Virus genome (UHGV): UHGV-1373571
Direction: 5' to 3' (one strand)
Length of the DNA stretch: 47,808 nucleotides
From: a virus
Shown here one piece after another: positions 17,556 to 25,571 of this stretch; position 1 is the stretch's first letter, and each line of letters opens with the position of its first letter. A program made the translations under genes and the position numbers. The notes below the pieces were generated by a model. The model was not told the origin of the DNA, searched no databases, and was given only the letters and a program-made list of their open reading frames with translations.

Positions 17556-17813
17556 ATGTCACAGTGGAATATCGCATCAAAGTCAAAAGATGAGCAGGAT
17601 AAGGTCAATGTCGACCTCGCAGCTTCCGGCGTCGCCTACAAAGAGCGGCTTAACATGCCGGTTGTCGCCGAAGTGGTAGCCAGAGAGCAGCCTGAACACC
17701 TGCGCGAGTATTTCATGGAGCGCGTCCGCTACTACCGAGAGCAAAGCACCCAGCTCCCGCGCGTCAGCGACCAGCGCTATCTGGAAATGGCAGAGCAGAA
17801 CGCCAAGAAATAG
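17556..17813 (+). CDS. hypothetical protein
   Basis: 85-aa ORF. Confidence 0.45.
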   Translation: MSQWNIASKSKDEQDKVNVDLAASGVAYKERLNMPVVAEVVAREQPEHLREYFMERVRYYREQSTQLPRVSDQRYLEMAEQNAKK

Positions 17814-18013
17814 CGATTTTTTCGTATATGCTCATTTTGCTTTTATCCCCGGGAAGGGCGATAATTACCTCGTCAGCCTGAGCAACTGACACTAATGACC
17901 GGCGCCAAGTGGGGACACATGGCGCACAAAACCTTAAAGCAATCCCTGTCACCGATGGCGAAAGCCACCGGCGATTTTCTGCATTCAGCGTTTAGCCTCT
18001 CCGGAGGTGAAGC

Positions 18014-18481
18014 GTGAAGCAACAATTCTGCCTTATCAACGACAACGTTAAGCGTAACGTCGTCAGCTTCATCCAGTCTCTGCCCGTCGACCACCGATCG
18101 CCGCTGATTATCGAGGCGCGCGAAGAAAGCCGCACCGACAAACAGAATCGTCTCATGTGGCCACTTTTGAAAGACCTGAGCGATCAGGTTATTTGGCACG
18201 GCGAAAAGCTGGAGCCAGCGGAGTGGAAAGACCTCATCACTGTGCTGGTCAGCCAGATGCAAAACCCGGAGCGTGAACAGAAATCCGCCCCGGGCATCAA
18301 CGGCGGCCGCGTCTACTTCGGCGTTCGCACCTCTCAATCCAGCAAGCGCTACATGGTCGAGGTGATCGAGGCGATTTACTGGTTCGGCACCGAGCACAAT
18401 GTGAAGTTTAGCGAGAAGTCCAGCAGTCGGATTGCATGGGCCCAGGAATGGAGGGCTTCGCATGCACAGTCTGCTCGCTAA
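18014..18481 (+). CDS. ninB: NinB/Orf-family recombination protein
   Basis: 155 aa, GTG start. DKQNRLMWPLLKDLSDQVIWHGEKLEPAEWKDLITV parallels lambda NinB DQNRKLWACLGDVSRQVEWHGRWLDAESWKCVFTA. Confidence 0.75.
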   Translation: MKQQFCLINDNVKRNVVSFIQSLPVDHRSPLIIEAREESRTDKQNRLMWPLLKDLSDQVIWHGEKLEPAEWKDLITVLVSQMQNPEREQKSAPGINGGRVYFGVRTSQSSKRYMVEVIEAIYWFGTEHNVKFSEKSSSRIAWAQEWRASHAQSAR

Positions 18482-18632
18482 GGTCATGGATCGCGGCATC
18501 TTCCGCGTTCCGGCGCGCCGCAAACGCAAGGTCGAAGTTAAGCCTTCCGACATCCCAACCCTGAAAGACTACACCGCCCGCCTGGTCGATAAGAAGTGGC
18601 TACGCCTGAGAGCAAGGAGGCCACATGCTTAA
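18462..18632 (+). CDS. hypothetical small basic protein
   Basis: 56 aa from the ATG at 18462. The track ORF starts at 18432. Overlaps the ninB stop and the ninG start. Confidence 0.3.
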   Translation: MHSLLAKVMDRGIFRVPARRKRKVEVKPSDIPTLKDYTARLVDKKWLRLRARRPHA

Positions 18633-19206
18633 ACGTGCTCAACGCCGGTGCAAAATCTGCCGGGCCAAATTCACCCCAGCATTCGAAAACCATCGTTGGT
18701 GCTGTCCTGAGCATGGCGCTGAATTTGCCTTGCAGGAACTGGAGAAGAAGCGCGAAAAGCAGGCTCAGGCGAAAGCTAAGAAAGAACGCGCAGCCTGGCG
18801 CAAGCGCAAAGCAGCGGTGAAGCCTCTCCGGCACTGGGAAGACATGACTCAGCGTGTCGTTAACGACTATATCCGCGAGCGTGACCACGATCTGCCGTGC
18901 ATCAGCTGCGGCACGTTTGACACGGTTCAGTGGGAAGCTGGCCACTACCGCTCCCGCGGTAAAGCATCTCACCTGCGATACAACGAGGACAACATTCACA
19001 AGCAGTGTCATCACTGCAACGTGCAAATGTCAGGTAACCAGCAGCAGTACCGCATCGCTCTGGTAGAGAAAATCGGCTCTGAGCGCGTCGAGGCGCTCGA
19101 AAACAACAACACCCCTCACCGATACACCATCGAAGAACTGGAAGGCATCAGGCGCCATTACAGCGCGCTACGCCGTGCGCTCATAAAACAACGGGAGGCC
19201 GCATGA
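18625..19206 (+). CDS. ninG: NinG/Rap-family recombination protein
   Basis: 193 aa. Cys/His-rich with an HNH-like core (CISCGTFDTVQWEAGHYRSRG...HKQCHHCN), typical of lambda NinG. Confidence 0.7.
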   Translation: MLKRAQRRCKICRAKFTPAFENHRWCCPEHGAEFALQELEKKREKQAQAKAKKERAAWRKRKAAVKPLRHWEDMTQRVVNDYIRERDHDLPCISCGTFDTVQWEAGHYRSRGKASHLRYNEDNIHKQCHHCNVQMSGNQQQYRIALVEKIGSERVEALENNNTPHRYTIEELEGIRRHYSALRRALIKQREAA

Positions 19207-19427
19207 GCAAAATCCAATATCCAATGTCCACTGCCGCTGTTTTTGATGACGTGGTTTATCCCATCCACCTGAACGGATCGCATCAGATAGAGAGCGAGGT
19301 TATGGGCGCGATCAGATGGTTCTGCCGGTGGAACAACGAGGAGATGGCCGTCGTTAAGGCGCATGTGCTGTTTAGCTGCTGGGGCCTTTACCTGACGTAT
19401 GACCAGCTTATAGCGGAGGTCAAATGA
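19203..19427 (+). CDS. hypothetical protein
   Basis: 74-aa ORF, coupled. Confidence 0.4.
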   Translation: MSKIQYPMSTAAVFDDVVYPIHLNGSHQIESEVMGAIRWFCRWNNEEMAVVKAHVLFSCWGLYLTYDQLIAEVK

Positions 19428-19564
19428 ACCGTGACGTTATCGAACGCATCCGGGATCGCTGGCAAAAGCTCCGCCTCTGCCGGCACCGCGGCACCGTACT
19501 GGTTGACTACCGCATACTGAGAAATTTCGTTCGCATCTATCAGACCCTGGGAGAGACAGCATGA
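19424..19564 (+). CDS. hypothetical small basic protein
   Basis: 46-aa ORF (MNRDVIERIRDRWQKLRLCRHRGTVLVDYRILRNFVRIYQTLGETA), ATGA-coupled on both sides. Confidence 0.3.
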   Translation: MNRDVIERIRDRWQKLRLCRHRGTVLVDYRILRNFVRIYQTLGETA

Positions 19565-20253
19565 TTAATACCCAATACCTCCAGTATGTTCGCCAGCAGC
19601 TGATAGTGGCCACCGCTGATCTGAGCGGTGCGACGAAAGGGCAACTGGTGGCCTTTGCAGAGAACGCGCAATTCACCGCTACGGCGCGCAGCCGGGGAAG
19701 GAAGAAAATAGCCGATCCGGTAACCGGCCGCATGGTAAACCCATCCAGCCCACCAATTCCCGGGCAGCAGTCCCGCGCTAAGGGTTCATCAATCGCTCTC
19801 GTTCTGCCCGTTGAGTATTCGACGGCCAGTTGGCGCCGGGCTCTGCTGTCGCTGGAAGAGCATCAGAAAGCGTGGTTGCTGTGGAACTACAGCGACAATA
19901 TCCGCTGGGAGCACCAGGAGACGATCACCCGGTGGGCATGGGAGCAATTCAGCGAGAAGCTGGCCGGTGTGCGCATTGCAAAAAAGACAGTCGATCGCCT
20001 TCGTCAACTTATCTGGCTGGCGGCGCAGGACGTCAAAGCCGAACTGGCAGGGCGGGATACGTATGAATACCAAAAGCTTGCCGCCCTGGTCGGAGTGACC
20101 CCGAAGAACTGGTCAGAAACGTTTACGGAGCGGTGGGAGGAGATGAAAACAACCTTGCGGCGCCTTGATAGCGATGCCCTGTTGCAGGTAACGCGATCAC
20201 GTTCACAACAAAAGGCGACAAATTTTGACTCAAGTCTTGCAAAACTGGATTAA
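19561..20253 (+). CDS. putative late-gene antiterminator, assigned by position only (Q-like; lacks cysteines)
   Basis: 230 aa. It sits between ninG and the lysis cassette and is followed by a short leader with a strong intrinsic terminator (tR'-like). No zinc finger, so if it is a Q analogue it is not lambda-Q-like. Confidence 0.4.
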   Translation: MINTQYLQYVRQQLIVATADLSGATKGQLVAFAENAQFTATARSRGRKKIADPVTGRMVNPSSPPIPGQQSRAKGSSIALVLPVEYSTASWRRALLSLEEHQKAWLLWNYSDNIRWEHQETITRWAWEQFSEKLAGVRIAKKTVDRLRQLIWLAAQDVKAELAGRDTYEYQKLAALVGVTPKNWSETFTERWEEMKTTLRRLDSDALLQVTRSRSQQKATNFDSSLAKLD

Positions 20254-20342
20254 ATGAGTCATATTTGAGTCTACTTTGATATGCTGCCTTAACTTTAAGT
20301 GGCGGCATGAAGATGATAGTCACATACCAGTTTGTAAAATTA

Positions 20343-20370
20343 GCCTCGGCATCCCGCCGGGGCTTTTTTA
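20343..20370 (+). terminator. intrinsic terminator, tR'-like
   Basis: GCCTCGGC-ATCCC-GCCGGGGC (8-bp stem including one G-U pair) followed by TTTTTTA. Confidence 0.7.
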
Positions 20371-20689
20371 TGCCTGCACTCCGGTCAGGGCTCTTGGGTA
20401 GAGACGTGCTGCACGACACGTTGAAGCCCTACACGCGCAGAGTCCTGAACCAGATTGCAGGGCACAACAGGTAAGAGCATTGAGTCGATAATCGTGAAGA
20501 GTCGGCGCGCCTGGTTAGCCAGTGCTCTTTCCGTTGTGGTGAGAACAGGATCTGTAATGGGTACTCAGCCAAAGAACCTTCCTGTAGGGCGCTGAGCTAA
20601 GCAGCACGTAGCGGCCAACCACCACCTCATCCCTCTACCTTGGGACCATTACGGCTACCGCGCCGTCGCTTTTACCCTTGGTATTTCTT

Positions 20690-20714
20690 CCCGCCCTGAG
20701 CGGGTTTTTTATTT
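20690..20714 (+). terminator. second intrinsic terminator upstream of the holin gene
   Basis: CCCGC-CCTGA-GCGGG followed by TTTTTTATTTT. Confidence 0.5.
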
Positions 20715-20821
20715 TCAGGGTCGCGGGAATCACCCTCGACGCTTTGTTGGTAAATCAGCCCGACGGCCCTGAACCTTTTACTGACTACAGATAGCACCCC
20801 GAACATTATCGGAGGTGAGAG

Positions 20822-21136
20822 ATGCAACGTATGAACCCAACCGATGGTCACAATCTGCCTTACTGGTGGTCAGCCTTGCTTGGTATCTTTTCCGTCCTGA
20901 GTCTGCAGGATTATGTCTTCATCATTGGCGCCCTGATCTCTGCCTTCTTCACAATCAAGACGTATTACGCAAAGCGCAAGGAAGAGCGAGAGCGACTGGA
21001 TGAAGAGAAAAAGCGCACGCAGCTGTTGGCCAGTTATCTGGCTGATGTCTCCGCAAAGCCTGGGGGTGACCGCCCGGCTTCAGCCGAAGTGGTAACCGAG
21101 GCTTTGAAGCGGATCGCAAGTGATACACAGGGGTGA
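20822..21136 (+). CDS. holin, two TMDs (pinholin-like), with a dual-start motif
   Basis: 104 aa. MQRM dual start (Met1 and Met4 separated by an Arg). TMDs [14 protein letters not shown] and [14 protein letters not shown]. Charged C-terminus. GGAGG RBS. Confidence 0.75.
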   Translation: MQRMNPTDGHNLPYWWSALLGIFSVLSLQDYVFIIGALISAFFTIKTYYAKRKEERERLDEEKKRTQLLASYLADVSAKPGGDRPASAEVVTEALKRIASDTQG

Positions 21137-21642
21137 TCATGACGCCATCAATGAGGAAGAAACTGATTGGCGTGATCGCCGGCGGTGGCGGAGCCATAGC
21201 CATTGCTTCTGCGCTCATCACTGGCCCAACTGGTAACGATGGTCTTGAGGGTGTGCGATACAACCCTTATCAGGATGTGGTAGGCGTCTGGACTGTCTGC
21301 TATGGCCATACTGGCAAAGACATCATGCTCGGCAAGAAGTACACCGAGGCTGAATGCCGTGCGCTGCTCAATAAAGACCTGAACACCGTCGCACGCCAGA
21401 TTAACCCGTACATCCAGAAGCCGATCCCCGAGACAATGCGCGGGGCTCTTTACTCGTTCGCCTATAACGTCGGCGCTGGCAATTTCCAGACCTCCACGCT
21501 GCTGCGCAAAATCAACCATGGTGACCAGAAAGGTGCATGTGATCAGCTGCGCCGCTGGACCTACGCCAAGGGTAAGCAGTGGAAAGGCCTGGTAACTCGT
21601 CGCGAGATTGAGCGCGAAGTTTGTCTGTGGGGGCAGAAATGA
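21133..21642 (+). CDS. SAR endolysin, T4-type lysozyme (GH24)
   Basis: 169 aa. The N-terminal signal-anchor-release segment is [23 protein letters not shown]. The catalytic E-8x-D-5x-T triad context reads [25 protein letters not shown]. Confidence 0.85.
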   Translation: MIMTPSMRKKLIGVIAGGGGAIAIASALITGPTGNDGLEGVRYNPYQDVVGVWTVCYGHTGKDIMLGKKYTEAECRALLNKDLNTVARQINPYIQKPIPETMRGALYSFAYNVGAGNFQTSTLLRKINHGDQKGACDQLRRWTYAKGKQWKGLVTRREIEREVCLWGQK

Positions 21643-21742
21643 GATACGTACCGTCGGCGATATGCATGGCCGCGGCGGGATTCATTGCCGCCAGTGGACA
21701 TGATGGGTGGGGGTGGTTTCTTTTCGTTGGGGTAATTCTGCT

Positions 21743-22120
21743 ATGACTCGCCTAACCGCCATCGTAAGCGCTGTGATTATCTCCCTTATTGCCTCAATGG
21801 CATGGGCTATTCACCATTACCGCGACAACGCCATCACCTTCAAAGAGCAGCGTGATAAAGCAACGGTCAGGGCGGAAACCGCCGAGACCGTTAGCAATAG
21901 CGTGGTCACCGCAATGAACCTCATCAATGACATTTCCCGGGCAACCCAGAATGCAAAGACCGAACTTTCCCAGGCAGGTGAGAAGCGTGTTATCTACATC
22001 AGGCAGGCGCTTGAAGGCGATCAGTGTGCTAAGCAGCTTGTTCCTGCTGCCGCTGCTGACAGCTTGCGGGAATACGCGGACGGTATACGTGCCGGCTCCG
22101 GTGGTCCCGATAAGCGCTGA
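21743..22120 (+). CDS. Rz-like inner-membrane spanin
   Basis: 125 aa from the ATG at 21743 (the track ORF starts at 21707). N-terminal [23 protein letters not shown], then a periplasmic coiled coil. Rz1 is nested in the +1 frame. Confidence 0.65.
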   Translation: MTRLTAIVSAVIISLIASMAWAIHHYRDNAITFKEQRDKATVRAETAETVSNSVVTAMNLINDISRATQNAKTELSQAGEKRVIYIRQALEGDQCAKQLVPAAAADSLREYADGIRAGSGGPDKR

Positions 22121-22280
22121 CCTTACTGCAGACACACCGATCCCCGGAATGGAGGTTCCGTTCACGTGGCAGGCTAGTCTGGAGTTAAACGCGAAGCTTT
22201 ACTCTGCGCTGGGGCAGTGCAATCTGGATAAGGCGGGGATTAGAAAGATAGAGGAAGGACGCCGTAGTACTTTGCAATAA
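21927..22280 (+). CDS. Rz1-like outer-membrane lipoprotein spanin (start uncertain)
   Basis: In the +1 frame within and beyond Rz. Signal peptide with lipobox [21 protein letters not shown]. Pro-rich mature part. Confidence 0.55.
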   Translation: MTFPGQPRMQRPNFPRQVRSVLSTSGRRLKAISVLSSLFLLPLLTACGNTRTVYVPAPVVPISADLTADTPIPGMEVPFTWQASLELNAKLYSALGQCNLDKAGIRKIEEGRRSTLQ

Positions 22281-22353
22281 TGCTGCAGATTAGGATGACG
22301 ATGGCATTAATTGTCGGGGCAAAAGGCGCCAATGAATTTAGTACTTCTAACAT
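22240..22353 (-). CDS. hypothetical 37-aa hydrophobic peptide antisense to the Rz1 3' end
   Basis: [37 protein letters not shown], preceded by a perfect AAGGAGG SD with 5-nt spacing (CAACCAAGGAGGTATACATG). One predicted TM helix. Not in the ORF track (under 60 aa). Confidence 0.45.
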   Translation of the reverse strand: MLEVLNSLAPFAPTINAIVILICSIIAKYYGVLPLSF

Positions 22354-22547
22354 GTATACCTCCTTGGTTGTGAATGGTTGTCAGTGCTTCTCTTGTGTAA
22401 CTTATGTCTCCCTGTGGCCGCTCCTACTCCGGTAACATTAAAGGCCTTAAGTGGTTATTTTTTGCTCTATACTCGCCGCTGTTGAATCCGCGGGATGTTG
22501 GACAAGCCCTTTCTAATAGTGAGTCTTAATAGCTTCTGAGCAGTTTT

Positions 22548-22565
22548 TGTCTCTTATAAGAGACA
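22548..22565. promoter_or_regulatory. 18-bp perfect palindrome TGTCTCTTATAAGAGACA flanked by GACAAG(C/T)CC(T/A)TTC direct repeats
   Basis: Seen directly in the 460-bp ORF-poor spacer between the lysis cassette and the packaging/head operon. Confidence 0.4.
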
Positions 22566-22740
22566 AGTCCATTCATGCCTGCAGGCAAAGGCGGGAACCG
22601 AAAGAGGCGTTCAATAATTTTATAAAATTCTGCAAATGATGCCTTTTTGGTGTCATTAGCAGAGTTTTATGTAAATTTACTGATGCTGCGGTGACAAAAT
22701 TACCGAGAAAGCATCAAGGCAACCCAGGGGATTATTCTGT

Positions 22741-23376
22741 ATGGCTGAAAATAACAATCGCAGACCATACCCTCCTGTCAACTTCGCTGGCGAAAACTGG
22801 CTGCCATATACCCGGCTGATCCCTGCTTTCGAAATTGGCGATTGGATTAACCAGAACATCCTCTCTGAAGAGGGGCGAATCCATAACCCTGACCATACGC
22901 ACCTGGTCGATGCTGATGTGGCATTCATGTGGGCCTCTGGCTCCTTCGCCAAAAGTGGCCGCATTGTGCTGGGTCAATGTGAGCAGGTAATGATGCGCGC
23001 CGGCGGCTGGCAGAAGTCCCGCATGGAGCAGCAGATGCATGAATGGTTCGGTCGTATACCGAAGTTCATCATCACTCTGGCTGCCGACTACTGCGAGCAA
23101 TGCAACGATCTGGAGTTCTGCGCACTGGTAGAGCATGAGCTTTATCACATCGCCCAGGCTACCGATGACTATGGCGCGCCGAAGTTCAACAAAGAGACCG
23201 GGATGCCGGTGCTCAAACTTCGCGGTCATGACGTCGAGGAGTTCGTCGGAGTGGTCCGGCGTTACGGCGCCAGCAAAGACGTGCAGGAAATGGTTGATGC
23301 GGCGAACAGGCCGGCGGAGGTTGCTCATATCGATGTTGCCAGAGCATGCGGGACGTGCATGCTGAAACTGGCTTAA
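22741..23376 (+). CDS. putative zinc metallopeptidase (HExxH motif), unknown family
   Basis: 211 aa containing LVEHELYHIAQ (HExxH). First gene after the long spacer, upstream of terS. Confidence 0.5.
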   Translation: MAENNNRRPYPPVNFAGENWLPYTRLIPAFEIGDWINQNILSEEGRIHNPDHTHLVDADVAFMWASGSFAKSGRIVLGQCEQVMMRAGGWQKSRMEQQMHEWFGRIPKFIITLAADYCEQCNDLEFCALVEHELYHIAQATDDYGAPKFNKETGMPVLKLRGHDVEEFVGVVRRYGASKDVQEMVDAANRPAEVAHIDVARACGTCMLKLA

Positions 23377-23407
23377 TAACTGGACTGTACTGGACGGATG
23401 GTGAAAC

Positions 23408-23893
23408 ATGGCTGCACTAAAACCAGAGGTGAAAGCCGCCATCGTTCAAATGCTTGCGTGCTATGACACGCCTTCGCAGGTGGTCGAGGCTGTCCAGAAA
23501 GATTTCGGTATCACCATCACTAGGCAGCAGGTTGAAACTCACGACCCGACAAAGGTTAGCGGCAAGACGCTCGCCAAAAAATGGGTAGACCTCTTCAACC
23601 GTACCCGCGACCGCTTCCTCAACGAAATTTCCGACATTCCGATCGCCAACAAGGCCTACCGCCTGCGCGTCCTGCAGCGAATGTCGACGACTGCCGAGGG
23701 TATGAAAAACCTCGGGATGACAGCTCAGTTACTGGAGCAGGCAGCAAAAGAGGTTGGCGACGCCTATAGCAACAAGCAAAAGTTCGAGCTGACCGGTAAA
23801 GACGGCGGCCCGCTGAATCAGGTGACGTACACCGCTGAAGACTATGCGAAGGCCCAGCAGAAGCTGGAGGGAAGGTTAGAAGGGCTGGACTGA
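23408..23893 (+). CDS. putative terminase small subunit (DUF2280-like)
   Basis: 161 aa, HTH-like N-terminus (AIVQMLACYDTPSQVVEAV), immediately upstream of and coupled to the terminase large subunit. Confidence 0.55.
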   Translation: MAALKPEVKAAIVQMLACYDTPSQVVEAVQKDFGITITRQQVETHDPTKVSGKTLAKKWVDLFNRTRDRFLNEISDIPIANKAYRLRVLQRMSTTAEGMKNLGMTAQLLEQAAKEVGDAYSNKQKFELTGKDGGPLNQVTYTAEDYAKAQQKLEGRLEGLD

Positions 23894-23894
23894 T

Positions 23895-25571
23895 ATGAGC
23901 GGAATTATCGAATGGGATGACCTGTCATTCCCGGAGCGCGTGATCATCCGTTCAAAGTCCACGAAGTCATTCCTGAACTTCACCCGGATATGGTTCGAGA
24001 TGATTCAGGGCGATCGGCTGCTGGTTAACTGGCATCACCGCCTGATGGCTTCGAAAATTGATGATCTGCTTGCCGGGCGCCTTGTCCCGCGAAACCTGAT
24101 TATCAACATCCCGCCAGGCGGTACAAAAACAGAGTTCTTCTCCATCCACTTCCCGGCGTATGTCAACGCCCTGGTGCAGGAGAAGCGGCTTAAACGCTTT
24201 CGTAACCTGAATATCTCTTTTGCTGACACGCTGGTAAAGCGTAACAGCCGGCGCACCCGCGACATTATCGCCAGCCGTGAATATCAGGAGTTCTGGCCCT
24301 GCTCGTTTGGTGTCAACCAGGCAGAAGAGTGGGAGATAAAGGACGATCGAGGGCGCTCTATAGGCCAGACGGTATCGCGCTCAAGCAACGGGCAGATCAC
24401 CGGTGGTCGTGGTGGCTACTATGGACCAGAGTTTTCCGGCATGGTGATGCTGGACGACTACAACAAGCCGGTGGACATGCTCAGCGAGTCCCGACGCAAA
24501 AGCGCGAATACGCTGCTGGTAAACACCATTCGATCACGCCGCGGCGATAAGTCGAAAGAGCACCCGACTCCGTTTGTGAGCATTCAGCAGCGCCTGCACA
24601 CCGATGACGCAACGGGCTTCATGCTTGCCGGCGGAATGGGCGTGCCGTTTCACCATGTCGCCATACCGGCCATGATCGACGAGAAGTACATCCAGTCGCT
24701 CGATGAGCCATGGCGTTCGCTTTGCTGGGAAACGGTCAAAGATACCGATTCAGTGGTCGTTGGTGGCGTTCGCTACTGGTCCTACTGGCCGCAGATGGAA
24801 GACGTTAACGACCTCCTGCAACTGTGGGAAAAGGATCGCTATACCTTCCTGTCGCAATACCAGCAAAACCCGATGGCGCTGACAGGCGGGATTATCGACA
24901 CCAGCTGGTTCAGAACGTACACCACGCTGCCGAAGCTTACGCACCGCGCCGTGTACGTCGATACGAACAGCGGGAAGGTAGAGGACTGGCTGGATTACAC
25001 CGTGTTTACGCTGGCTGGCATGGGCGTGGACGGGAATCTGTACATCATCGACGTCGTTCGCGGCCGGTGGGACCCGGAAGACCTCCTGAAGAAAGCGGAA
25101 GAGGTTTGGGAAAAGTGGCGCCTCTCTGGCTCCATGCGGGTCATGCCGCTGCGTCATATGGCCATTGAAGAGAAGCAGGCCGGACAGGGCCTCATCACCA
25201 CTCTGAAAAAACGTAGTCAGACCCCCGGGCAACTCGCCATCCCGGTGAGGGAAATCCCGCGCGGCACCGGGCAGAACAAGCTTGTTCGCTGCCTTAACGT
25301 CATCCCCCAAATCAAAACCGGGAAAGTGTTTGTCCCCGCCACGCACACCGACGACGGACAGAAGCTTTCCAGCATCTTCTACGAGGACGGCACGATCGCA
25401 GGCTCAACGGAGTGGGTGCTGACGGCGATGACGGAATGCGCTGCTTTCTCCGCTGATGACAGTCACGACAACGACGACATCCTCGATACCTGGATGGACG
25501 CAATCGACGACAACCTGATTTCCGGCCCGCAGCCGATGGTTATCGACCCGAATCAACTCAGGAGAATTTAA
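23895..25571 (+). CDS. terminase large subunit
   Basis: 558 aa. N-terminal ATPase (INIPPGGTKTEF), C-terminal RNaseH-like nuclease with acidic residues (VYVDTNSG...DDSHDNDDILD). Confidence 0.85.
   Translation: MSGIIEWDDLSFPERVIIRSKSTKSFLNFTRIWFEMIQGDRLLVNWHHRLMASKIDDLLAGRLVPRNLIINIPPGGTKTEFFSIHFPAYVNALVQEKRLKRFRNLNISFADTLVKRNSRRTRDIIASREYQEFWPCSFGVNQAEEWEIKDDRGRSIGQTVSRSSNGQITGGRGGYYGPEFSGMVMLDDYNKPVDMLSESRRKSANTLLVNTIRSRRGDKSKEHPTPFVSIQQRLHTDDATGFMLAGGMGVPFHHVAIPAMIDEKYIQSLDEPWRSLCWETVKDTDSVVVGGVRYWSYWPQMEDVNDLLQLWEKDRYTFLSQYQQNPMALTGGIIDTSWFRTYTTLPKLTHRAVYVDTNSGKVEDWLDYTVFTLAGMGVDGNLYIIDVVRGRWDPEDLLKKAEEVWEKWRLSGSMRVMPLRHMAIEEKQAGQGLITTLKKRSQTPGQLAIPVREIPRGTGQNKLVRCLNVIPQIKTGKVFVPATHTDDGQKLSSIFYEDGTIAGSTEWVLTAMTECAAFSADDSHDNDDILDTWMDAIDDNLISGPQPMVIDPNQLRRI

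Noticed and set aside
17873-18553. 226-aa minus-strand ORF across the ninB region
   Set aside because: Antisense to ninB, which has clear lambda NinB similarity. It has compositional-artifact character.
20254-20820. Search for tRNA genes or toxin cargo in the Q-to-holin gap
   Set aside because: There is no cloverleaf-compatible segment and no GTTCGA-type T-loop. Cargo genes do not fit in about 570 bp. An ncRNA remains possible (see findings).
21639-21746. 35-aa ORF ([35 protein letters not shown]) between the endolysin and Rz
   Set aside because: It overlaps the endolysin stop and the Rz start in a third frame, and has no convincing RBS. It could be real but the evidence is insufficient. 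The Rz start at 21743 is preferred.
22440-22470. AAGGCCTT palindrome plus T-run as a terminator after the lysis cassette
   Set aside because: The palindrome is self-complementary without a loop and the flanking pairing is poor, so it is not a convincing intrinsic terminator.
22548-22565. Resemblance of TGTCTCTTATAA to the Tn5/IS50 mosaic end (CTGTCTCTTATACACATCT)
   Set aside because: Only about 12 nt are shared. The site is a perfect palindrome with no transposase gene or second end nearby, so it is more likely a protein-binding dyad than a transposon end.
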